A stretch of DNA of 64,000 nt from a bacterium (GTDB lineage Bacteria > Bacteroidota > Bacteroidia > Bacteroidales > Bacteroidaceae). Numbering within the stretch: position 1 is the first letter of the stretch; every line of letters starts with the position of its first letter. The position numbers were made by a program, and so were the translations under genes. Shown here piece by piece: positions 1 through 8,568 of the stretch. The notes beneath the pieces were generated by a model, which worked only from the letters and a program-made list of their open reading frames with translations, made no database searches and was not told the origin of the DNA. The DNA lies in the NCBI GenBank assembly GCA_963601795.1, contig CAVCGK010000002.1, positions 90,788-154,787 of the forward strand, given 5' to 3'.

Positions 1-306
1 TTCTCAGTGATATGGCGCTATCTGGCATGGATTAACCAGACACTGTCGGTATGCACTCTGTGGGCTATCACCGTGTGGCTCGCCAAGGAGAAGAAACTCT
101 ATGTCATAGGACTTGTGCCAGCACTGTTTATGACAATGGTGTGCAGCACCTACATACTGATAGCTCCAGAAGGACTGAGCTGGCCTACAAACATATCATA
201 TATAATAGGAGGCGCAGTCACTCTGCTGACATTCGTACTGTTCCTGAAATGGAAGCACACATTTGTCAAAGAAGATAAGGAAGAGGAAACAGACAAGACT
301 GAATGA
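1..306 (+). CDS. cstA: Carbon starvation protein A (CstA) family transporter, C-terminal part (5' truncated by window)
   Basis: Hydrophobic C-terminus with [12 protein letters not shown], resembling the CstA 'IWRYFxWxNQTL' motif; frame is open to the window edge. Confidence 0.75.
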   Translation, partial: FSVIWRYLAWINQTLSVCTLWAITVWLAKEKKLYVIGLVPALFMTMVCSTYILIAPEGLSWPTNISYIIGGAVTLLTFVLFLKWKHTFVKEDKEEETDKTE

Positions 307-914
307 CACAACAATATCCTTCACATCTGCTTGAAAAGGCAGTAGAAGAATTGGCAGGGCTGCCTGGCGTGGGACGCAAGACAGCCCTGCGACTTGCCTT
401 GCACATGTTGCGTCGCCCTAAGGAAGAGGCTGACAACCTTGCTAATGCCGTCATGTCGCTGCGCCATAATGTGAAATACTGCCACGTGTGCCACAACATC
501 AGCGATGACGACATATGCCCCATCTGTTCCAATCCAAGGCGCGACGCCACGACGGTGTGCGTGGTGGAGAATGTGCAGGACGTGATGGCCATAGAAAATA
601 CACAGCAGTATCATGGTCTTTACCATGTGCTCGGGGGCATCATCTCGCCTATGGACGGCATAGGGCCTTCAGACATAGAGATAGAGTCGCTGATAAACCG
701 TGTGGCTAATGGCGATATCAATGAGGTCATACTGGCACTAAGCTCAACCATGGAGGGCGACACGACAAATTTCTACATCTCACGCAAGTTGGCTGGCATG
801 GACGTGAAACTCACCGTCATAGCCCGTGGCATATCCGTGGGCAACGAAATAGAATATACCGACGAGGTGACTCTCGGCAGGTCGATAATAAACAGAACTC
901 CTTTTCAGAAATAA
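303..914 (+). CDS. recR: Recombination mediator RecR
   Basis: [13 protein letters not shown]hH, C4 zinc finger (CHVC..CPIC), Toprim region with EGDTT. Confidence 0.97.
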   Translation: MTQQYPSHLLEKAVEELAGLPGVGRKTALRLALHMLRRPKEEADNLANAVMSLRHNVKYCHVCHNISDDDICPICSNPRRDATTVCVVENVQDVMAIENTQQYHGLYHVLGGIISPMDGIGPSDIEIESLINRVANGDINEVILALSSTMEGDTTNFYISRKLAGMDVKLTVIARGISVGNEIEYTDEVTLGRSIINRTPFQK

Positions 915-939
915 TTTCAAAGACATACTCTACCAATAA

Positions 940-1359
940 ATGAAGGACAGAACGACTATACTGAAAGCTCTTTATCTCATTCCGACTATCATGGCTATTG
1001 TCTTTGCCGCATTATGCGAGACAGGACTGCTCGAATGCGGTTGGGGAATAGAGTCAAACAACAGTACGGAAGAGGTCATCGCTCTCGGCATCATGGAGAT
1101 GCTGACACTTTGCACCATCCCCGTGGCACTAAGGCTGATGAAGTTTCAAACTATCGCAAAGAAGGCGAAGGCTTCATGGAGTGGTTACGTAAGGATGGCT
1201 TCCACAAGAATACTTATGATGGCTCTGCCGATGCTTGCCGACACATTATTATATTATTACTATATGATACCGGCATTCGGATATCTCGCCATAATACTCC
1301 TGTTGGCAATGGTGTTTGTCTATCCTTCAAAATCAAGATGCAAGAACGAAACGGAATGA
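940..1359 (+). CDS. Hypothetical membrane protein (about 4 TM)
   Basis: 139-aa hydrophobic ORF in the recR operon; stop overlaps next start (ATGA). Confidence 0.75.
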   Translation: MKDRTTILKALYLIPTIMAIVFAALCETGLLECGWGIESNNSTEEVIALGIMEMLTLCTIPVALRLMKFQTIAKKAKASWSGYVRMASTRILMMALPMLADTLLYYYYMIPAFGYLAIILLLAMVFVYPSKSRCKNETE

Positions 1360-2576
1360 AGAAACTCTCGGTCATAATAGTTTCCTACAACGTGAAATAC
1401 TATCTGGAGCAATGTCTGATATCACTGCTCTGGGCTACACGCGACATTGACAGCGAGGTGATAGTAGTGGACAACCACTCGAAAGACGGTTCGGTGGAAT
1501 ATCTGCGCAACCGCTTCGGAAAGAGCATCCGCATAATAGCTAGCAACCACAACTTGGGATTTGCCAAGGCAAACAATCTTGGCATCAAGCAGTCATCGAG
1601 CGAATATGTGCTTCTCATCAATCCCGACACCATCGTGGTGGAGGACACCATCAGCAAGGTGCTGGAGTTTATGGACAAGAACCACAACTCGGGGGCTGCC
1701 GGAGTGAGGATGATAAAGTCTGACGGAAGCAATGCCATGGAGAGCCGACGTGGCACACCATCGCCAATGACGGCATTCTACAAGATATGCGGTCTGTGCT
1801 CGCTCTTCCCAAAGAGCAAGCGTTTCGGCAGATATTATATGAGTGGCATATCTTGGGATGAAGAGCATGAGATAGACATCGTCAGCGGTGCTTTCTGCAT
1901 GCTCAGGCGCGAACCCTTGATGCAGGTAGGCATGCTCGATGAGGACTATTTCATGTATGGCGAGGACATAGACCTCAGCTATAGCATTCAGCAGGAGGGA
2001 TGGACAAACTGGTATTTGCCCTACACCATCCTGCACTATAAGGGCGAGAGTACACAGAAATCGTCATTCAGATACATCCATGTGTTCTACGACGCTATGC
2101 TCATCTTCTTCCGCAAGAAATACGGTCACTTGTCATTCCTCATCTCTCTGCCCATAAAGACCGCCATCATAGCGAAAGCTACAATGGCTCTTGTAAAGAT
2201 GGTGTGCGACAACTGTCGCGACAGCGTTGGAATGCGCAGTCATGAAGACCGCCAGCAACTCACATATATATTTATAGGTTCGGCTTTCACCCTGTCGCAA
2301 TGCCGCGAGATAGCAGAGGCGAAGGGACTGGACGCAGAATATCATGAAGGGACTGTGGGCACGCTGCCTGACGGACATCTGTCGCTCGACTTGCCCGAAA
2401 GCAAGCCCCTGGTCATCGTCTACGATGTGCATGCCTACAGCTACGGTCAGATATTCGGCATATTCGAAAAGAAAGTGACGCCTTGGATAACCATCGGCAC
2501 TTATGACAACAACACAAGGAAAATAATAACTCAATCGGAAGTAATCTTCGACTCACAAACTGAAAGCAATGATTAA
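1356..2576 (+). CDS. Glycosyltransferase family 2 with extra C-terminal domain
   Basis: MKKLSVIIVSYN start at ATG 1356 (ATGA overlap), VVDNHS, LINPD, YGEDIDL motifs; the ORF-track start at 1014 is over-extended. Confidence 0.9.
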   Translation: MKKLSVIIVSYNVKYYLEQCLISLLWATRDIDSEVIVVDNHSKDGSVEYLRNRFGKSIRIIASNHNLGFAKANNLGIKQSSSEYVLLINPDTIVVEDTISKVLEFMDKNHNSGAAGVRMIKSDGSNAMESRRGTPSPMTAFYKICGLCSLFPKSKRFGRYYMSGISWDEEHEIDIVSGAFCMLRREPLMQVGMLDEDYFMYGEDIDLSYSIQQEGWTNWYLPYTILHYKGESTQKSSFRYIHVFYDAMLIFFRKKYGHLSFLISLPIKTAIIAKATMALVKMVCDNCRDSVGMRSHEDRQQLTYIFIGSAFTLSQCREIAEAKGLDAEYHEGTVGTLPDGHLSLDLPESKPLVIVYDVHAYSYGQIFGIFEKKVTPWITIGTYDNNTRKIITQSEVIFDSQTESND

Positions 2577-3063
2577 GCTGCGAGCACTTGAGCCTGACGA
2601 CATCGACATACTCTTCGCTGTGGAGAATGACACATCCTTTTGGGCTGTCGGCAACACCAATATGCCCTACTCGCGACAGTTTCTCTGCAACTATATCCTG
2701 TCTACTACGGGCGATATTTATTCCGACAAGCAATTGCGCCTTGTCATAGAAAGAGATGACACTCCCGTGGGACTTATAGATCTGTCAAACTTTGACCCGC
2801 GCAACCTGCGTGCCGAACTTGGCATAATAATATTACGAGAGCATCAAAACAAGGGTATAGCACAGGAGGCAATAAGCCAAATAGAGACTTATGCCACGGA
2901 AATTCTGCATATGCACCAACTTTATGCCATCATTGCAGAGGATAATATGCCTTCTTTGCGACTTTTCGAAAAATGCTCTTTTGCATGCAAATCGACCCTC
3001 AAAGACTGGTTAATTGACGGCAAAAACTACAAAAACGCCCTTGTTTACCAGAAAATCTTATAA
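2569..3063 (+). CDS. GNAT/RimJ-RimL family N-acetyltransferase
   Basis: IKLRALEPDD start, HQNKGIA acetyl-CoA motif, SLRLFEKCSF. Confidence 0.9.
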   Translation: MIKLRALEPDDIDILFAVENDTSFWAVGNTNMPYSRQFLCNYILSTTGDIYSDKQLRLVIERDDTPVGLIDLSNFDPRNLRAELGIIILREHQNKGIAQEAISQIETYATEILHMHQLYAIIAEDNMPSLRLFEKCSFACKSTLKDWLIDGKNYKNALVYQKIL

Positions 3064-3101
3064 AAAGTTGGGAAAAGTTTTGGAGATTACGAAAAAAGTA
3101 G

Positions 3102-3109
3102 TACCTTTG
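3102..3109 (+). promoter_or_regulatory. Bacteroidetes -7 promoter box for the tRNA pair
   Basis: TACCTTTG matches TAnnTTTG; a TTTG lies about 20 nt upstream. Confidence 0.75.
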
Positions 3110-3127
3110 CAACCGCAAACACGGAAA

Positions 3128-3201
3128 GGTGCGTTAGTTCAGCTGGTTAGAATGCCTGCCTGTCACGCAGGAGGTCACGGGTTCGAGTCCCGTACGCACC
3201 G
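3128..3201 (+). tRNA. tRNA-Asp(GTC)
   Basis: GGTGCGT..ACGCACC acceptor stem, CTGTCAC anticodon loop, GGTTCGAGTCC T-arm; CCA not encoded. Confidence 0.97.
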
Positions 3202-3222
3202 CTCCATTTTGATTTCCGTGTT

Positions 3223-3296
3223 GGTGCGTTAGTTCAGCTGGTTAGAATGCCTGCCTGTCACGCAGGAGGTCACGGGTTCGAGTCCCGTACGCACCG
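3223..3296 (+). tRNA. tRNA-Asp(GTC), second identical copy
   Basis: Identical 74-nt sequence to 3128..3201. Confidence 0.97.
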
Positions 3297-3300
3297 CAAG

Positions 3301-3329
3301 AAGCCTTGAGTTATCCTCAAGGTTTTTTT
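3301..3329 (+). terminator. Intrinsic terminator after tRNAs
   Basis: CCTTGAG-ttatc-CTCAAGG followed by T-run. Confidence 0.85.
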
Positions 3330-3335
3330 GTTTTC

Positions 3336-3360
3336 AGGAGGTACGGCACCCTCGCCGTAC
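3336..3360 (+). repeat. REP-like hairpin, subtype A
   Basis: AGGAG-GTACGGCA-CCCT-CGCCGTAC. Confidence 0.8.
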
Positions 3361-3447
3361 TACTATAAGAAAAGTTAATTTGTTGCTAATTTAGAAAACT
3401 ATAACTAACTTTACGTTTCAAATTAACAACAATACCTAATTACAAAC

Positions 3448-5382
3448 ATGAATCTTCACAAATCTATTTTGGGAATTGCCTTTTGTCTGCTTTCGACAAT
3501 GGCAATGGCAGACAATGTCTATGACATCCGCCCTGTGCCACAACTGCAGGAACAACTGCAGGGCAGCACAACGCTGACTGGGCAAGTGACAATCGTGGCA
3601 GGCAACGGCATTGACTCCTACACGCTTGACCGTGCAAAGCAAGTGCTGACAGAACATGGCATCACTCCTGCCGTAGCACGCAAGGCAGTGAAGGGTAAGA
3701 ACACTCTCTACCTTGGCATCAATGCCAGTGGTGACCTTGCTGACCGCGAAGGAAAGCGCATCGGACTTAAACGTGACGTTTTCGACACTAAAGGTTATGA
3801 CCGCCATGCTCTCACCGTGAGACAGAACGGCGAGACTGCAGAGGTTGTCATCATAGGCGAAACAACTGATGCCGTATTCTGCGGACTGGCTTCTCTTGAG
3901 CAGATGCTCGATCAGACTAAGGACGGCAAACTTACTTGCGTAGACATCTATGACTATGCCAACACACAGTACAGAGGTGTCATCGAGGGCTACTACGGTG
4001 TGCCCTACTCTGCCGAGGTCACTGCCGATCTATTCCGCTTCATGGCACGCTATAAGATGAACACTTATATGTATGGTGCTAAGAGCGACCCTTATCACTC
4101 ACAGTATTGGGACAAGGCTTATCCTACCACCATCACACAGGAACAGAAGGAGGTGGGCATGCTCACTGAGGGAATGATGCGCCAGCTCACGGATGCGGCA
4201 CACAAGACCAAGGTGAACTTCATATGGGCTATACACCCAGGAAATGCCTTCACAGACAAAGACCAGCCTGATGTGCTCGACCGCGTGATGGGCAAACTCC
4301 GCCTCATGCACGAGCTCGGCGTGCGCCAGTTTGGTGTCTTCGTGGATGACGTCGGTGTGCCTTCAGACTCTGCCATGCTGACTCTCAACGCACAGCGACT
4401 GACAGAACTGCAACAGATGATAGACCACGAATGGAACGGACGCAAGGCTCTGCCTGCCGACACAGTGAAACCTCTGCACTTTGTGCCACAGCTCTATGCT
4501 TACTCTTGGGTGAAGCGTGAGCAGGGCGAACGTTTCTTCCGCTCGCTGAGCAATACTCCCGAGAAGGTTTGCATATACATCACTGGTCGTGCCGTATGGA
4601 CTGTGCCTAACTCTGAAGACCCAGAACTCGTAAGTTCGTGGCTCGGACGTGACGTGGCTTGGTGGTGGAACTATCCATGCAACGACAATGACATGGACAA
4701 GCTCTTCCCTCTCGACATGTATCGCAACTTCGACGACGAGGCTCATATCGACCGCAACGCTACTCTCGACCCAAATATCAAGGGTGTGAACACTCTTATC
4801 AGCAATCCTATGCAGCAGGGCGAGGTGAGCAAGATCGCCCTCTACAGTATCGCTGACTACGCTTGGAACCGTGCAGCTTTCGACAACGATGCTTCATGGA
4901 TGGCATCTCTGCAGGCTATCTTCGGCAAGAATGCCGACAATGCATTCCGCCTGTTGCCTCTCGTGCGCCATTACGACACCAACACCACTCTTGCTGACTG
5001 CATACGTCAGTGGAAGGCTGAGCGCACAGAAGCTACTACTCAGGCTCTGCTCAAGGAACTTGGCAATCTGCAGACCGACGCTAAGGCCATAAGCGCGATG
5101 GCAACATCTGCAAGCGAGTCTGACCGTCTGATGTGGACCGAACTCCAGCCATTTGTAGACAAGGTGGCAGACATGTGCAGCATCGCCTACACTCTCGTTA
5201 ATCCTAACTCCACGGATGCACAGCGCCAGCAGGCACGCCAGCAGGCTGACGAAATGTCGAAGAATGCAAAATATCAGTTCTCCGTGCTCAACGGTATGGG
5301 CAATGACATCAGCCTCTCAAAGCGCGAGGCAGAACCTGCTGCCAAGGTGTTGAGACCATTCGTGAAGGAACTTGCAAAATAG
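3448..5382 (+). CDS. GH84 beta-N-acetylglucosaminidase (O-GlcNAcase/hyaluronidase-like) with N-terminal GH20b-like domain, signal peptide
   Basis: RGVIEGYYG, YMYGAKSDPYH, catalytic tandem Asp in FGVFVDD, WWNYPCND. Confidence 0.9.
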   Translation: MNLHKSILGIAFCLLSTMAMADNVYDIRPVPQLQEQLQGSTTLTGQVTIVAGNGIDSYTLDRAKQVLTEHGITPAVARKAVKGKNTLYLGINASGDLADREGKRIGLKRDVFDTKGYDRHALTVRQNGETAEVVIIGETTDAVFCGLASLEQMLDQTKDGKLTCVDIYDYANTQYRGVIEGYYGVPYSAEVTADLFRFMARYKMNTYMYGAKSDPYHSQYWDKAYPTTITQEQKEVGMLTEGMMRQLTDAAHKTKVNFIWAIHPGNAFTDKDQPDVLDRVMGKLRLMHELGVRQFGVFVDDVGVPSDSAMLTLNAQRLTELQQMIDHEWNGRKALPADTVKPLHFVPQLYAYSWVKREQGERFFRSLSNTPEKVCIYITGRAVWTVPNSEDPELVSSWLGRDVAWWWNYPCNDNDMDKLFPLDMYRNFDDEAHIDRNATLDPNIKGVNTLISNPMQQGEVSKIALYSIADYAWNRAAFDNDASWMASLQAIFGKNADNAFRLLPLVRHYDTNTTLADCIRQWKAERTEATTQALLKELGNLQTDAKAISAMATSASESDRLMWTELQPFVDKVADMCSIAYTLVNPNSTDAQRQQARQQADEMSKNAKYQFSVLNGMGNDISLSKREAEPAAKVLRPFVKELAK

Positions 5383-5422
5383 CACCTCCTATAAAATGTA
5401 TAATCACAAAACATAAAAGAAT

Positions 5423-6973
5423 ATGAACATTAAGAAAACATTGATGGCAGCGCTATGCACAGCCCTGCTATTGCCTGGAACTGCTATGGCACAGTTTAAC
5501 TGGCCATACGAAGTGAAGGACGGAACAATCGTGACAGAGGTGCCTGAGCGCCCTGCTGGTCAGAAGGATGCACTCAACCTCACCACACCAAAGATTCCTG
5601 TGGTGCGTGTAGGATTTGTAGGACTTGGCATGCGTGGTGCTGAGGCAGTGCGCCGTTGGGTTTATCAGGAAGGTGTGCAGATAATGGGTCTTTGCGACCA
5701 TGAGCAGTCACGTGCCGAGTCTGCCAACGAGCAGCTTCGCAAGGCAAGTCTGCCACCAGCAACTCTCTATAGTGGCGAGGAAGGCTATAAGGCTCTCTGT
5801 GAGCGCAATGATGTAGACCTTATCTACATTGCCGTAGACTGGATTCATCATTTCCCTGTAGCTGAATATGCACTTGAGCATGGCAAGCATGTGGCTATCG
5901 AAGTGCCTTCTGCCATGAACCTCACAGAGATATGGAAGCTCATCAACCTCAGCGAGCAGAAGCGTCTGCACTGCATGATGCTGGAGAACTGCTGCTATGA
6001 CTTCTTCGAACTCAATGCCCTCACAATGGCTCAGAAGGGTCTCTTCGGTGACGTTATCTTTGGTCAGGGTGCTTACCGCCACGACCTCGACCCATTCTGG
6101 GATGCTTACTGGAAGAAGGGCGAGGACGACAAACTGGGATGGCGTCTGGAGTATAACATGAATCATCGTGGCGATGTGTATGCCACTCACGGACTTGGTC
6201 CTGTGGCACAGGTGATGAACATTCACCGTGGCGACCGCTTCACCATCCTCACAGCTATGGACACTAAGAGCTTTGCCGGAATAAAGAAGGCTGAGAAGAG
6301 ATTGGGTAAGAAGGTGGACAACTTCCGCCAGGGCGACCTCACCAACACCATGATACGCACCGAGCAGGGCAAGGTGATACAGGTGGTACACGATGTGATG
6401 ACACCACAGCCATACAGCCGCATGTTCCACCTCGTGGGTACACAGGGTTTGGCAAACAAATATCCTGAAGAGGGCATCTCGCTCAACAACGAGAGTCTGA
6501 AGAAGGCTGGCATCGAGACAAAGACAAACTACTATGACGGTGAGGTATTCCTCAACGAGGCTGACATGAAGCAGCTCAACGAGAAATATGAGAATCCTCT
6601 TGTCACAAAGTACACTGCCATGGCAAAGAAGGTTGGTGGTCATGGTGGTATGGACTTCATCATGGACTCACGCCTCATCTATTGTCTGCAGCACGGTCTG
6701 CCTCTCGACATGGATGTCTACGACCTTGCGGAGTGGTGCTCACTTGCAGAACTCGGTTCTATCTCTATGGACAACGACTGCAAGCCTGTAGCAGTGCCTG
6801 ACTTCACACGTGGCCATTGGAATGACCAGCAGGGCTATCGCCACGCTTTCGCCACAGCAGAGGAAGAAGCCACACAGGACGCTGCTAACCATGAGTTCAC
6901 AGTCAACCTGAAGGCCACAGCTGAAAAGGCTTGGAAGAAGTATGACAAGAAGAATGCTAAAGCAAAGAAATAA
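5423..6973 (+). CDS. GH109 (Gfo/Idh/MocA fold) NAD-dependent N-acetylgalactosaminidase-like enzyme, signal peptide
   Basis: GFVGLGMRG Rossmann motif, EVP, MLENCCY, YATHGLGP, GGHGGMD catalytic motif. Confidence 0.9.
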   Translation: MNIKKTLMAALCTALLLPGTAMAQFNWPYEVKDGTIVTEVPERPAGQKDALNLTTPKIPVVRVGFVGLGMRGAEAVRRWVYQEGVQIMGLCDHEQSRAESANEQLRKASLPPATLYSGEEGYKALCERNDVDLIYIAVDWIHHFPVAEYALEHGKHVAIEVPSAMNLTEIWKLINLSEQKRLHCMMLENCCYDFFELNALTMAQKGLFGDVIFGQGAYRHDLDPFWDAYWKKGEDDKLGWRLEYNMNHRGDVYATHGLGPVAQVMNIHRGDRFTILTAMDTKSFAGIKKAEKRLGKKVDNFRQGDLTNTMIRTEQGKVIQVVHDVMTPQPYSRMFHLVGTQGLANKYPEEGISLNNESLKKAGIETKTNYYDGEVFLNEADMKQLNEKYENPLVTKYTAMAKKVGGHGGMDFIMDSRLIYCLQHGLPLDMDVYDLAEWCSLAELGSISMDNDCKPVAVPDFTRGHWNDQQGYRHAFATAEEEATQDAANHEFTVNLKATAEKAWKKYDKKNAKAKK

Positions 6974-6974
6974 T

Positions 6975-7001
6975 TAGGAGATACGGCGCCCTCGCCGTAT
7001 C
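6975..7001 (+). repeat. REP-like hairpin, subtype A
   Basis: TAGGA-GATACGGCG-CCCT-CGCCGTATC. Confidence 0.85.
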
Positions 7002-7026
7002 AATCTCCAAAATATCAAATTAAAAG

Positions 7027-7065
7027 AAAAGGGATAGGTGACTATTAATTGCACCTATCCCTTTT
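7027..7065. terminator. Bidirectional intrinsic terminator between convergent GH109 and GH16
   Basis: AAAAGGGATAGGTG / CACCTATCCCTTTT arms. Confidence 0.85.
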
Positions 7066-7082
7066 TACTTTATTGCGTATTT

Positions 7083-7110
7083 GGTATGGCGAGGGTGCCA
7101 TACCTCCTAC
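7083..7110 (-). repeat. REP-like hairpin, subtype A (inverted partner of 6975 copy)
   Basis: Reverse complement GTAGGA-GGTATGGCA-CCCT-CGCCATACC. Confidence 0.85.
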
Positions 7111-8480
7111 TATTTCTTCTGGAAAACTCTTATGTAGTCCACTTCCATGGTGATGCCACCATTATCAAGGATGGAATAGTCAACACCATTCATGCCACCC
7201 CAACTACCTCCGAAAGCGAGATTGAGGATAGGATAAAACTCATAGTGGAATGGCCACTGATTATGAGAAGAACCAATATCTGACTTCTTCACTGAAAGCT
7301 GCACCTTTCCATCAACATATGTCGTGATGGCATCTTCTGTCCACTCCAGGGCATAAACATGATATTCTCCCTCAGCATTGGAAATGGTCATGGCATGAGT
7401 CTTCTGAGTATTCTTCGTGTGATTATAGTCCTGCGTATGGATAGACGAAGATACTTCATTAGGCACTACTCCTACCTCCTCCATGATGTCGATCTCACCA
7501 CACATAGGCCAAGGATTATTTGTCCAGTCATTATTGACAGGCATCATCCAAAATGCAGGCCATGTACCCTTGCCTGAAGGCAACTTTATGCGTGTCTCAA
7601 AATAACCATATTTCCATCCCTGGTTAACCTTAGCATAGACGCGACCAGAATAAATCTTTCCGTCGGTAGCCTTAAAGCAGTTGATATTAAGATGTCCGTC
7701 CTTTATCTCGGTGATATTAATACCGTCGTGTGTACCACTGGAGTAAGTCTGCAACTCATTGTTTACCCATCCAGCAGCCTGCTTCTCATGTGTCCAGTCA
7801 GAGCCTAGCGATGTGCCGGAGTTGAACTCATCACGCCACACCAGTTCATAACCTTCAGGAGTATCCACTTCATCATCAGAGGCAAACTGTGTGACACTAA
7901 TCTCTACAATCTCGTCACCTGACATAAGAGTGACTATGCCCTTACGCTCGCCACCTGTGTTTTCTTCAAGCATAATGGTGAGAGTTTTGCCGTAGATATG
8001 TGCAGTTATCCAATCGTCGGTAGTAACCAAAGCCAAGTTGTCAGGACCGCTCACAGTTAGGTCTACCGATGTAGCCTCTGCAGGCTTGCTTATGGATGTC
8101 TGGTCTACCGACAGCGGAGCCGTCTGCGTTACGGTTATCTCCTTTCTAAACGTTCCACTCTTGAATGTCACTGTCGCCGTGCGTGAAGAGGATGTCGTAT
8201 TTTTAGTAACGACGGCCTTGATAGTACCCGTCTGCGATGTTGTGCCGCTTGGTGTCACTGCCACCGTAGAGGCATCAGATGAATACGCTGTCCACTCCTT
8301 GGCATTCGTCGTCACGTTGATGGTGTAAGTTCCGCCAAGAGCAGAAGTACTGATAGTTTCGGGAGACAGGCTCACTGTGATGTTACTCGCTCCCCCACCC
8401 TCATTGCCACCATTGTCGCTACTGCACGACGAGCAGAGCAGGGGTAAAAGTGCGAGGGTGTAAATCTTCAAGTGTTTCAT
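7110..8480 (-). CDS. Lipoprotein GH16 endo-beta-glucanase (laminarinase-like) with two N-terminal BACON-like domains
   Basis: Cys-containing lipoprotein signal, BACON-like W...N...R repeats, WPAFWM and GEIDIME catalytic motif. Confidence 0.92.
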   Translation of the reverse strand: MKHLKIYTLALLPLLCSSCSSDNGGNEGGGASNITVSLSPETISTSALGGTYTINVTTNAKEWTAYSSDASTVAVTPSGTTSQTGTIKAVVTKNTTSSSRTATVTFKSGTFRKEITVTQTAPLSVDQTSISKPAEATSVDLTVSGPDNLALVTTDDWITAHIYGKTLTIMLEENTGGERKGIVTLMSGDEIVEISVTQFASDDEVDTPEGYELVWRDEFNSGTSLGSDWTHEKQAAGWVNNELQTYSSGTHDGINITEIKDGHLNINCFKATDGKIYSGRVYAKVNQGWKYGYFETRIKLPSGKGTWPAFWMMPVNNDWTNNPWPMCGEIDIMEEVGVVPNEVSSSIHTQDYNHTKNTQKTHAMTISNAEGEYHVYALEWTEDAITTYVDGKVQLSVKKSDIGSSHNQWPFHYEFYPILNLAFGGSWGGMNGVDYSILDNGGITMEVDYIRVFQKK

Positions 8481-8568
8481 TAATGTATAAAATGTATAGA
8501 GGAGAATATATCAAAATAAAAGTAACTATAAGAGGTACTTTTAATTTGATATATTCTCCTCAGTTTGA

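Noticed and set aside
1014..1355. Apparent 114-aa N-terminal extension of the GT2 ORF
   Set aside because: Overlaps the 940-1359 membrane protein; the GT2 fold starts at ATG 1356 with an ATGA coupling
3014..3232. 72-aa ORF
   Set aside because: Overlaps the promoter and tRNA-Asp; spurious
5708..6643. 311-aa antisense ORF (and similar ones at 13931-14611, 27719-28321, 32676-33368, 53428-54150, 57835-58548, 59899-60591)
   Set aside because: They lie wholly or mostly opposite well-supported genes and show no motifs; typical shadow ORFs produced by codon bias
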